A DNA stretch of 63,100 nucleotides, the filler included, from Octopus bimaculoides (Eukaryota): the NCBI RefSeq assembly GCF_001194135.2. It is 3 parts of 3 records of this genome, joined end to end, with 100 filler letters (N's around TTAATTAATTAA, not from the genome) between each part and the next. Parts side by side here need not be neighbours in the genome. Positions count along the whole stretch, not along the records: positions 1 to 26,100 come from NC_069000.1; 2 more parts are not named here. One strand, 5' to 3'. The notes under the pieces are model-generated. The model made no database searches. It was not told where the DNA came from and saw nothing but the letters and a program-made list of their open reading frames with translations. Below, in pieces: positions 10,285-21,304 of the stretch; position 1 is the first letter of the stretch, and each line of letters opens with the position of its first letter. The position numbers and the translations under genes are program-made.

Positions 10285-12573
10285 ATGCTGTCTCCACAAG
10301 AAGGCTTTTTAAAATCTTACTGTGGTACTTTGTCTACAGATGAGGACTTCTTGAGGCCGAAAGCAATTATGGCATCTGAAAGTGACCTCTTCCGGTCAAG
10401 AAGCTTAATGGCGCTAGACAGTGACTGGTTTCGATCTCGAGGTATGATTCCTCCTGATAGTCTCTTTAGACCCAGGAATGTAGTAAATCCTGAAAATGAT
10501 TATCAGCGTGCTCGAGGCATGATGGCTGCTCAGGAGAATGAATTGTTTAAGTCAAGGAGCATGATAACTTTAACAAATGAGCACACAAGGCATAAGAATA
10601 TGCCTGCTTATGAGAATGACTTTTTTAGACCAAAAGGAATGATATTCTCACCTGACAACTGCAATATACAAAGACCTTGTAATCAACTGAACAAAGACTT
10701 AAATGAATCCATGAGAATGAAAGGGTTTGTACCTCATAACACTCCTGAACTCATGAACCTGAAAGGGATCATGCCACATGACTCAAATGAAACCTTGAAA
10801 TCAAAGAATTTATCCATGCTTGGTTCTGATCTGTTGAGGACAAAAAATTCCCTGCATCCTCAAGAAAGTGATTATCTCCGGTCAAAGGGTATTTTCCATC
10901 ATGAACATGATTTGGGCAGATCTTCAAAGAACATAATACCTCAAGACAGTATGATGTTAGGATGTGACACTAATGATTTACTGAGCTCCAAAGATTTGGT
11001 AGTTCCTAACCCTGATAACGTTGATCACATGTTGAGACCTCCTCCAATGACTGAAACTTCAAAAAGTCCACACCCCGATTATCTCCCTCCCAAAATCAGT
11101 GGTGGTGAGATGATGAAGCCTCAATTTTTGTATCCACCGGTCAGCAACCAGCACAACAATACCAGTCTTAATTCAAAATGTTTAGAGAGAGTGCCAACAA
11201 CAACAACAAATAATACAACAGGCATCACAACCACAGCAACATTCAGCTCAAATGGAAGTGAACACTGCACCACTTTATCCACATTAGACAGCTCTGTTAA
11301 TCCTATATCACATCCTGCTTGCTCTTCAGCTAATTCTCATAATTCTTCTTCCACACATACTATCATGCATTCTCCTGCTACTAACTGCTCTGAACATGTT
11401 CAGACAACTAATTCTGATTCTTGTACAACAAGCACTGACACCGTCAAATCTTCTCCCAGTCACATCATTCAACAAAATGTTCAACAAGCAAAGGATAATA
11501 TGAATAACCAGCAGATGAATATGGTTAAGAAAGCTACATTCTCTTTGAAAGGTCCATATGAGTGCAAGTCATGTCACAAATGGTTTTCCACTTCAAGCAA
11601 TTTGTCGGTTCATAAAAGAGTTCATTCAGGTGAGCAACCCTATAAATGCGGGATATGTCTGAAAGCATTTTCAACATCAAGTAACTTGACTGAACATCTG
11701 ACCACTCATTCTGGTGAAAGACCATTTGAGTGTGAGATTTGCCACAAGCGATTCTCTCGATCTAGTAATCGTAAAGTACACATGAGAATCCATTCAGGAG
11801 AACACCCATTCAAATGTACAATGTGCCCAAAAGCTTTCACCACATCAAGTAATCGGACAGTTCACATGCGAACTCACTCAGGTCAACTCAGAGATTTCCA
11901 GTGTGATATCTGCCCTAAAGCCTTTTCCCAAGCACGCTACCTTTCAGAACATCTCAAGATTCATTCAGTTGAACGCAGTTTTGAATGTGACTATTGCAAC
12001 GAGATTTTCCCTAAGTACTTTGAGTTGACACGTCACCTAAAGAAACACACTGGTGACAAACCCTTTCAATGTGATGTTTGCCAAAAACCTTTTTCCCGTT
12101 CCAGTCATCTGACTGTTCATATGCGTTCACACACAGACGAACGTCCATATAGCTGTGACACTTGTTCTAAGACCTTTTCCACATCTAGTAATCTTTCAGT
12201 CCACAAAAGAGTTCATTCTGGTGAGCAGCCATATAAGTGTGAAATATGTTTTAAAGCATTCTCAACATCAGGCAATTTGACCGAGCACATGACTATTCAT
12301 TCGGGAGAAAGACCTTATGAATGTGACATCTGTGAAAAAGCATTTTCAACATCTAGCAATAGAACTGTCCATATGCGGACTCATTCTGGAGAACAACCAT
12401 TTGCATGCGACATATGTTTCAAAGCTTTCACTACCTCGAGTAATTTAAGAGTTCACAAACGGACACATTCAGGGGAACGACCATATAAATGTGATCAATG
12501 TCCAAAAGCATTTTCTCAGTCTGGACCCCTCAATGCTCACAAAAAAACTCATTCACATGTACCTTTAGCTTAA
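10285..12573 (+). CDS. C2H2 zinc-finger protein, 762 aa, 12 tandem fingers, single coding exon
   Basis: Uninterrupted ORF in AT-rich DNA. Twelve C-x2-C...H-x3-H fingers with SGE(R/Q)P / TGDKP linkers run from 11557 to 12552. It has an N-terminal repeat region and an S/T/N-rich linker. AATAAA at 12697-12702. Confidence 0.95.
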   Translation: MLSPQEGFLKSYCGTLSTDEDFLRPKAIMASESDLFRSRSLMALDSDWFRSRGMIPPDSLFRPRNVVNPENDYQRARGMMAAQENELFKSRSMITLTNEHTRHKNMPAYENDFFRPKGMIFSPDNCNIQRPCNQLNKDLNESMRMKGFVPHNTPELMNLKGIMPHDSNETLKSKNLSMLGSDLLRTKNSLHPQESDYLRSKGIFHHEHDLGRSSKNIIPQDSMMLGCDTNDLLSSKDLVVPNPDNVDHMLRPPPMTETSKSPHPDYLPPKISGGEMMKPQFLYPPVSNQHNNTSLNSKCLERVPTTTTNNTTGITTTATFSSNGSEHCTTLSTLDSSVNPISHPACSSANSHNSSSTHTIMHSPATNCSEHVQTTNSDSCTTSTDTVKSSPSHIIQQNVQQAKDNMNNQQMNMVKKATFSLKGPYECKSCHKWFSTSSNLSVHKRVHSGEQPYKCGICLKAFSTSSNLTEHLTTHSGERPFECEICHKRFSRSSNRKVHMRIHSGEHPFKCTMCPKAFTTSSNRTVHMRTHSGQLRDFQCDICPKAFSQARYLSEHLKIHSVERSFECDYCNEIFPKYFELTRHLKKHTGDKPFQCDVCQKPFSRSSHLTVHMRSHTDERPYSCDTCSKTFSTSSNLSVHKRVHSGEQPYKCEICFKAFSTSGNLTEHMTIHSGERPYECDICEKAFSTSSNRTVHMRTHSGEQPFACDICFKAFTTSSNLRVHKRTHSGERPYKCDQCPKAFSQSGPLNAHKKTHSHVPLA

Positions 12574-12729
12574 ATGTGTACACACGCACATCCATGTGTG
12601 TATGTATATTTGTATGTGTCTATAAAAGTATATGTATATATGAATATATAACTATGTATATATATATATGTTGTATCTTGAGAGGGTCATTTTGCCAATA
12701 AAAAACAATCACATTGGTGCCATTTTGCC

Positions 12730-12732
<3 letters not shown>

Positions 12733-12777
<45 letters not shown>
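12733..12777. repeat. (ATT)n microsatellite
   Basis: Direct reading. Confidence 0.95.
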
Positions 12778-12789
12778 GTCAACTAAGGG

Positions 12790-12950
12790 TGTGAGCTAGT
12801 AGAATTGTTAGTGTCAGGGAAAAAAAATATGCTGCAGTATTCGTCCTAGCTCTTTACATTCTGGGTTCAGATCCTGTTAAGGTTAACTTATCTTTCACCC
12901 CTCTGGGGTTGATAAAATAAAGTGTCAATTGAGTATGATGTAATTGACTG
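12790..12950 (+). mobile_element. Degraded SINE (family of 24100-24320)
   Basis: gtgagctagtagaattgttag...ttctgggttcagatcc...ctttcacccctctggggttgataaaataaagt. Confidence 0.6.
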
Positions 12951-13133
12951 GTCATGAGAAACCATTATTGTTTGTAACAACTCGTTAACTAATTAACTTA
13001 TCAATTGTAAAACTAATTGTTTGTTAGTCCTTTCATTGCCATGACTTCTTCCATGATGTACTCTCATTGCTCCAGGTCTATCATGATAATCCAAACAGTA
13101 TATACAGTGTTCTGTTATTGCATATTCTTTTAC

Positions 13134-13342
13134 TCTTTTACTCTTTTACTTGTTTCAGTTATTTGATTGCGGCCATGCTGGAGCACCGCCTTTAGTCGAG
13201 AAAATCAACCCCAGGACTTATTCTTTGTAAGCCTAGTACTTATTCTATCGGTCTCTTTTTGCCGGACCGCTAAGTTACGGGGACGTAAACACACCAGCAT
13301 CGGTTATCAAGCGATGGTGGGGGGACAAACACAGACACACAA

Positions 13343-13425
<83 letters not shown>

Positions 13426-13588
13426 TACGACGGGCTTCTTTCTGTTTCTGTCTACCAAATCCACTCACAAGGCTTTGGTCGGCCCGAGGCTATAGTAGAA
13501 GACACTTGCCCAAGGTGCCATGCAGTGGGACTGAACCCGGAACCATGTGGTTGGTAAGCAAGCTACTTACCACACAGCCACTCCTGTG
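13134..13588 (-). mobile_element. Full-length tRNA-derived SINE with internal (AT)/(CA) tract
   Basis: Reverse complement of the 16922-17297 family, with head, CORE-like segment and (AAGAGT)n-like tail all present. Confidence 0.9.
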
Positions 13589-14694
13589 CTTATAGTTTTT
13601 AGGTGTGTATGTGTGTGAATATATGGGCATATATGTGTTGCAGTTTGGTATGAGATTTTTCTTATGTGTTGCTTGGTCAGTGTCTGTGTATGTAGATTTT
13701 GCGCGTGTGTGTGTGTGCATGCTTATGTGTGTATGTGTGAGTAAGTGTATTGTTTGTTCCTCTTTTAGACATTTTGGTATCTAACTACATCAATGTTCGA
13801 TGACTCTGCTTTCTAAATATTATTGTACTAATTCCTTCTCGCTTACTCCTATTCATGTACACACATACATCTATCCACATGCATATACATACATGTACCT
13901 ATATATATCTATATACATTTACACACAGTTATACAAATCTATCTCTCTCTCTATGTATATATATATATATTAATAAATCTGAGGGTAGCAAAAAAAATTT
14001 TAGAAATTCTATTTGCTACCAGTGGTCTAGCGAAAAGAAAAAATTAGTCTTGTTTCTATGTAGTGCCTCGTGTTTATATGTTAATCTTGGCTTTTCCGCT
14101 GATGATAGCTGACCTTGCAAAATATTTTATTTTATTTTGCTAAATATAGCTTGAAACCATTGGTTCAGAAAATAGATGGTAAATGTTTTTATTTTTCATT
14201 CTCTTACGAAATTATCCCTAATTGTGGTGTGGACTGCTCCTTCTAGCGGGTTAGATGTCCTTTTATGGACATCTCTGATGTGTTTAAATGTACACTGTAT
14301 TTAAATTTATGTGTATGTATATATATATATNNNNNNNNNNNNNNNNNNNNNNNNNNNNNNNNNNNNNNNNNNNNNNNNNNNNNNNNNNNNNNNNNNNNNN
14401 NNNNNNNNNNNNNNNNNNNNNNNNNNNNNNNNNNNNNNNNNNNNNNNNNNNNNNNNNNNNNNNNNNNNNNNNNNNNNNNNNNNNNNNNNNNNNNNNNNNN
14501 NNNNNNNNNNNNNNNNNNNNNNNNNNNNNNNNNNNNNNNNNNNNNNNNNNNNNNNNNNNTATATGTGTGTGTGTGTGTGTGTGTAAAACTACACACACAC
14601 ATTCACATACTTTTGTATGCATGCATTAGAACACATGTTTATATGCTTAAGCATACACATGAACACAAGCATGTGTGTGTGTGTATAATATATA

Positions 14695-14960
14695 TAGTGG
14701 CGGTAGGGCTAGATGACCCATTGAGCCAACTGAAATTGTAGTTGTGGCAGATACTGGTGACATGCAACTGGCACCCATGCTGGGGGCATGTAAAAGCATC
14801 CATCATACTCTTAGAGAGGTTGGCATTAAGAAGAGCATCCAGCTGTAGAAGCTATGCCAAATCAGATTGGAGTCTGGTACAGCCCCTCAGCATACCAGCC
14901 CTAATCAAACCATCCAACCAATACCAGCATGGACAATGGTTATTAAATGATGGTAATGAT
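14695..14960 (+). mobile_element. Degraded RTE 3' UTR copy
   Basis: ggcatgtaaaagcatcc...gttggcattaagaagagcatccagctgtagaa...ccagcatggacaatggttattaaatgatgg. Confidence 0.7.
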
Positions 14961-15094
14961 ATGTATGTTTATATATATATTCAAGTTCATGTGATGGTAA
15001 AATTGTTGCTAATTCTTCTGCACTATCTTCCACACTTATACATACCTAGAAGCATATTAAAATTGTTCCTAAAACAAGTACAAGGCCAGAAATA

Positions 15095-15245
15095 AGAGGG
15101 AGAAAAGTAGTTGATTATACCAATTTCAGTACTTGACTGGTATTTCATTTACCAAGACTGGAAGTTGAGCCTTCTGGGATTTGAACTCAGAATGCAATGG
15201 GTTAGAATAATTAATGCAAAGCATATATCCAGTGCTTGCATGGAT
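15095..15245 (-). mobile_element. Degraded SINE (family of 24100-24320)
   Basis: cagtacttgactggtatttcattt...ggatttgaactcagaatg. Confidence 0.5.
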
Positions 15246-15817
15246 AGATTTAGAAATTCCTTGGGAGAAATGAATGAAAAGGATGTACAGAAGTACTGGT
15301 CTGTGACACACCCAAATACCTGAATCACTGGAATGAATGTCATGCAAACTTGTGTATGCACATATGTTCTGTTTGCACTTCATTATGTGCATACATGGCC
15401 TATGTGCACTTTAACATGTGAACACACACACACATTCCAAGATGTATATGTAAAATAAAGAATAAATGTATATAGTCTGGATACATCACAACTGACCGGA
15501 AGAATGAAAGACTTGTCTTTCATGAAGTCATGAATGGTAATGAATAGGCTCTGACAAACTACTCAATTTGCTGAGATATCAAATAATTAATTAAGCTATT
15601 GTTTAACTAGTTCACTAATAATAATAAAAAGAAGCAGTATAGGTGCAGCCCATGTGTATTTAATGGCAAAATAACCGCATGATATAAAAACTTGTTTTAA
15701 GTCAGGATTTCACATCAAGAATCCTGGGCAAACAAATATAAAAATGAAATATGTGAATATAACATGCATGTTTGCGTGTAGTTATATCTATCTATAATTT
15801 GTGCATGTATGTTTGTA

Positions 15818-15857
<40 letters not shown>

Positions 15858-16921
15858 AGTAAGATTCAGTTGAATTAGGTACTTAAGTTGAGGCACCAAG
15901 TTAGTCTGGTATTATCCACACAGCTTGAAATAAAGTGAATGGAAAGCAAATAAGTAACAAGGTTGTTAAGATATTAATGCATTACGGCTGTTTCAGGTGG
16001 CTCCATTTAATTGAACAATGCAAGCATTATATCAGTTTGAAATACACTGCCATCTTTGGATGTAAAAAATATCAGTTTTCAACAAACAGGATACTCCATT
16101 ATAATTTTTGCAAATGTTTAATCAGAACTAGAGAATGAAAGAATTCCATGCTGCCACTATTGTAGCAGAGTAAACTTAGATAGAAACATATACCTCTACT
16201 GCAATTTGAAGTGGCTGAAGAAGATAACAATGTGGGGGCCATAAGATGGTAATTTAGCTACAATTTTTATCTATCCCCTTATCACCATCAAAAAGATCTA
16301 ATGCTGCTAGTATACTGTGTCTATTAAAAATTAAAACCAATAGGAGTTGACAGTTAAGTTCTAGCTGCTGATAATAAATTAAATACTGTCAGATATTCAC
16401 CCAAACGTTAATTCACTATGGCTATAAATTTCCTTGACCACATAATCAAACAGATCTCAAGTCAGTCAGATAATGGTAAATGCCCAGAAAGAGGGAGGGT
16501 AGAGATGGCATAAACTCTTTTATTATCAGTTAAAGGGGTCTACAATAGAAAACAAAGGATATTACAATGAGATTTAAATGGGCATTAAGGGTACAGGAGG
16601 TAAAAATGATATAACCAAAGTATAGCAAAATTTATATATTATATTTTGCATAATAAAATTTTAAAATTTAGAAAGGGATACGAGGACCGGGAAAAATAAG
16701 AATGATATAAAGACCAATTTAAGCACTAAAAAAGATTAATTTTATATTAAATAGAAGTTTTATAATACTTCAGCTTAGAAAAACTTTAAGGTGGTTATGA
16801 TAAAACCATTCAGACAATGGACCCAAAATACACTTAGAATTCATCCAGGAAAGAGGTACACATTTTCTATCGATTGGAAACTGGAGATCATAGGCAAGAA
16901 AATTAGATGATTGGTTCTATA

Positions 16922-17297
16922 GGGCGCAGGAGTGGCTGTGTGGTAGGTAGCTTGCTTACCAACCACATGGTTCTGGGTTCAGTCCCATTGCGTGGCATCT
17001 TGGGCAAGTGTCTTCTACTATAGCCTCGGGCCGACCAAAGCCTTGTGAGTGGATTTGGTAGACGGAAACTGAAAGAAGCCCGTCGTATATATGTATGTGT
17101 GTTTGTCCCCCCTAGCATTGCTTGACAACCGATGCTGGTGTATTTATGTCCCCGTCACTTAGTGGTTCGGCAAAAGAGACCGATAGAATAAGTACTAGGC
17201 TTACAAAGAATAAGTCCCGGGGTCGATTTGTTCGACTAAAGGCGGTGCTCCAGCATGGCCGCAGTCAAATGACTGAAACAAGTAAAAGAGTTAAAGA
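16922..17297 (+). mobile_element. Full-length tRNA-derived SINE with CORE-like domain and LINE-like 3' tail
   Basis: Head gggcgcaggagtggctgtgtggtagg...gggttcagtccc, then ttgggcaagtgtcttctactatagcc, and tail ggcggtgctccagcatggccgcagtcaaatgactgaaacaagtaaaagag. There are more than 10 related copies in the window. Confidence 0.9.
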
Positions 17298-17439
17298 GAT
17301 ATAAAAAAATTTCAACGTTACAAAAAATCTTAAAGGATGTAATGATATAAAGGAGATATAACATTATAAAAATATGGCATACACACATATATATACACAA
17401 AAATATATACATATATACGTATTTATTTAAAAAAAGAAA

Positions 17440-18080
17440 ACATCATTAGTTTCAGCTCAAAGCTGTAGCCATGCTGGGGCACCACTGTTTTGCTATACTG
17501 CTATTATTAAGAGCCTCCTCTGATATGTGGCATTTGGTGAATAAGCGAGTTTGATGTTGCTACCCTCATTTGCACCTCCTGCCGCAAGGTAGGTTCATCT
17601 GGGACTCTCAACAGGAAGAGATTCAGTTTTGATTTGAAAACACCTACATCCACTTTGTGCAGGTCCCTCGGGCTTTTTCGGAGAATATTAAAAAGCTGTG
17701 GGCCCCTGAAACCCAAACTGTTGCTGTAACTGGTCCTGAAGCTCAGTTGCATTGCTGGGATCCTTGGCACTACGCAGTGGCAACCCGTTCTGGCATTTGT
17801 GTAGCTTTCAATGCCAAAATTTGGCACAATCCCTTCCAGGATCTTCCAAATGTATATTATTGCATATCTCTCTCACCTTTGCTCCAGAGGGTAGAGTATT
17901 AGCTGTTTCAGCTTATCCTAGTGGCTGAGCTGTTGCAATGAGATGATCTTTGTGAAGCTTCGCTGGATTGCTCCAAGGTTCACTGTTAATTTTACACTGT
18001 GGGGTGACCATAGCTGGGAGCAATAATCCAGGCGGCTGAGGATGAATGTCCTCCAGAGGACCATCATGGTTTCCTTCTCT
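17440..18080 (-). mobile_element. CR1/L2-group LINE 3' end, 5'-truncated
   Basis: KETMMVLWRTFILSRLDYCSQLWSP...IQRSFTK...LYSLEQR*ERYAIIYIWKILEGIVPN...FRGPQLFN...FKSKLNLFLLRVPDEP, followed by a 3' UTR stem-loop. Confidence 0.85.
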
Positions 18081-18114
18081 ATATATTTATGCATGTATAT
18101 ACATGCATAAATAT

Positions 18115-18942
18115 ATATGCATGTGGTGAGAATGGAGGAGGATAGCTGCGTGAAAAAGTGCCACACCCTAACAGTTGAGGGAACCCGTGGAAGAGGTAGG
18201 CCCAGGAAGACCTGGGCTGAGGTGGTGAGGCAAGACCTTCGTACATTGGGCCTCACCGAGGCGATGACTACGGACCGAGACCTTTGGAAATGGGCTGTGC
18301 GTGAGAAGACCCGGCAAGCCAAGTAAGATCGTTGCCAGTGCCCCTGGACTGGTTCTTGTGCGGTTGGCACATGAGATGCACCATTTTGAGCGTGGCCGTT
18401 GCCAGTACCGCCTGACTGGCTCCTGTAGGATTTTCGAGCGAGATCGTTGCCAGTGCCCCTGGACTGGCTTNNNNNNNNNNNNNNNNNNNNNNNNNNNNNN
18501 NNNNNNNNNNNNNNNNNNNNNNNNNNNNNNNNNNNNNNNNNNNNNNNNNNNNNNNNNNNNNNNNNNNNNNNNNNNNNNNNNNNNNNNNNNNNNNNNNNNN
18601 NNNNNNNNNNNNNNNNNNNNNNNNNNNNNNNNNNNNNNNNNNNNNNNNNNNNNNNNNNNNNNNNNNNNNNNNNNNNNNNNNNNNNNNNNNNNNNNNNNNN
18701 NNNNNNNGGCACATAAAAGACACCATTTCGAGCGTGGCCGTTTTCGTGCGGGTGACACGTAAAAGCACCCACTACACTCTCTGAGTGGTTGGCGTTAGGA
18801 AGGGCATCCAGCTGTAGAAACTCTGCCAAATCAGACTGGAGCCTGGTGTTGCCATCCGGTTTCACCAGTCCTCAGTCAAATCGTCCAACCCATGCTAGCA
18901 TGGAAAGCGGACGTTAAACGATGATGATGATGATGATGACAT
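18115..18942 (+). mobile_element. RTE LINE 3' end: ORF tail + 3' UTR with tandem hairpin units + (GAT)n
   Basis: HVVRMEEDSCVKKC...EGTRGRGRPRKTWAEVVRQDL...DRDLWK* runs directly into gccagt..actggc units and the UTR ending cggacgttaaacgatgatgatg. Gap 18471-18707. Confidence 0.85.
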
Positions 18943-19199
18943 ATATGTGCATATATGTATATATCTATGTGTTGATTTTTTTTGTTAACTGACATTAGGT
19001 CTGGTTTGTTTTGGGTTTGAATTCTAAAAGAGAGCTTTGTGAAGTCATTATCTGATATTTATTTGCTTTACTTATAGAGTTGCACATATTAAGAATGCCT
19101 GCCTGAATGTTCATATGTAAGCATTGCATTTGAACTGTGTGAGCTGCTTTTGCATATGAGTAATATAAATCTAAGCGAATATGCTATATAATCATGATT

Positions 19200-19235
<36 letters not shown>

Positions 19236-20294
19236 TATAGATAGATACATATATATATATGTGTGTGTCTATATATATACATATATATAGATACATATAT
19301 ATATATATATGTGTGTCTATATATATATATTTGTGTGTGTTCTGTATTTTTTTATATATAAATACATACCTATCACTTTACATCTAATATATCAAGAACA
19401 TGTTTGTTAAATTATGTATCATGTGGGATTCTTACATAATCATGATTTGCTTATTTACACTAATATATCTGCTTGTGTTCAATATGACTTTTAGAAACTT
19501 TACAAATGAAATGGAACTTTTCCCCTTGCTCTCACAAATAAAAACTTGTACCTACATAATGGGTTGACATTGAAATTTAAAGAAGTTATAGCCTTATGTA
19601 TTTTGCAAAGTTTTATTCAATATTTTATTGAGCCAACCAATTTTTTTCTGAGGAAGCCTTTTAAAAAATATCTTTTTGAACAGGAATATTTTTTGTTCTT
19701 TTCTTTAAAATTGATATTTCATTTTAAATATGAATTCTGAAAGAGGGCTGTGCAACGTCAATAGTTGACTGAATTATGGGCCAACATGTCTGTTTTTTTT
19801 CTTTGCCAGAAGGGTTATGAAAGATTCCTTGGTTGTTGTCTGTATTGTTGAACTAGCTATTACATTTGTAAAAGTTTGATAGTTGTCATAGAGACTTTAG
19901 TCTCTCTCTATCACTTTTCAACAGCATTATATATGAAGAGACATTAGAACAATTCAACAACATAATAAAAATAAGTTTTATTTTTTTGATGATGCTTGGT
20001 TTCACAATTCCTGTCATTCAGCTTAGCAGCCGCTGATTAAGTTGNNNNNNNNNNTTTTATTTTTTTGATGATGCTTGGTTTCACAATTCCTGTCATTCAG
20101 CTTAGCAGCCGCTGATTAAGTTGTAGTTTGGTATTGGAAGGTTAAGGGCTTCCTTGATGCCTGCCAGAGAAGCAAGTAGCTATCACCATCGAAGGCATCG
20201 TGGTGAAGAGTGCTTCGTTGAGGAGTGAGGAGTTGTCGCGTAGAAGGTCTGTCGTGCAACTGTCTGAGAAAGTGAAACTCACTCTTTAAGTACC

Positions 20295-20360
20295 AGTTTT
20301 ACTACGCATGCGCACTCGAGGGGCTTCCGGTGGTGAAGTCCCTTGCGCATGCGCAGAATA
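20295..20360. promoter_or_regulatory. Candidate housekeeping-type core promoter (NRF1-like x2, ETS-like)
   Basis: CGCATGCGCA at 20305-20314, CTTCCGG at 20324-20330 and TGCGCATGCGCA at 20344-20355, in a local CpG-rich patch. Confidence 0.5.
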
Positions 20361-21024
20361 GTATTTCCTCAATGGCAGCTATAATTTCGTGCCACTACAC
20401 ATTAATTCTGGTATGTCAGTGTATGAAATGTTGAAACAACAAGGGTGAGATGGCTCTCAGTAGTAAATAGCAGAACTGTTTCAGCATTGAGTTGTAGTGA
20501 ATTTCCATTGGTTTAACATTTCTGAGACTGAATTCTTTTCATGGGAGAACAAGAACTTGAAAAATATAGACACATGCATGCATGCATGCAAGAACTTGAA
20601 AAATATAGACACATGCACACATGCACTTGTGCACACACACACAAGACTAATATAACATGAAAATGGAAGATAACTGGCTTTATTATGAAGTTCTAGGTTT
20701 GATTTCACTGTGTAACATTTTGGGTAAGCATCTTTTATTATTGACTCGGGTTGATTCAAGCTCTGTGAGTGAAATTATAGGTATACGATAACTTTGTGGA
20801 AGTATGTCAAATAGATTGTCCTTGTAATTCAATAATCTAGCTTGTTCACATACTCACATCATGCTAATTCTACTTGAGAGCTACATTAACGCCACATGTG
20901 TGTGTGTGTAGAATACTCAGTCTCTTACTAATTCAATGAACAGGTAGTTCAGTTGATCAAATATCTGAATACTACTCATCATCAAAAGCCAATGGGGGTT
21001 CATTTATTAATTGTTACATCCATG

Positions 21025-21195
21025 TAAGGACACACGACCTTGTGGTTAAGGTATTGCACTTACTGTTGCAAAATGATGGTTTCGATCCTGGATCAGGTGA
21101 TGTGTTGTGTTCTTGAGTAAAATACTTCACTTGATGTTGCTCTGCAATCACTTCAACATCGGACATTTGGCACACTGTGCACCTGTACATCACCA
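21025..21195 (+). mobile_element. Degraded tRNA-headed SINE (related to 36736-37111)
   Basis: ccttgtggttaaggtattgcac...ggtttcgatcctggatcagg..gtgttgtgttcttgagtaaaatacttcacttgatgttgctc. Confidence 0.55.
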
Positions 21196-21304
21196 ATCAG
21201 ACCATCGATGACAAACGACAACTCCTTTGTTAATACATTAGCAATAAATTTTGATGTTTACATTTAGCAGAGTTATCAGCCGAAAATTTATCAATGTGAT
21301 CCTC

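Noticed and set aside
19976-20122. ~69-bp direct duplication across a 10-N gap (same pattern at 56761-56852)
   Set aside because: Typical unmerged contig overlap artefact.
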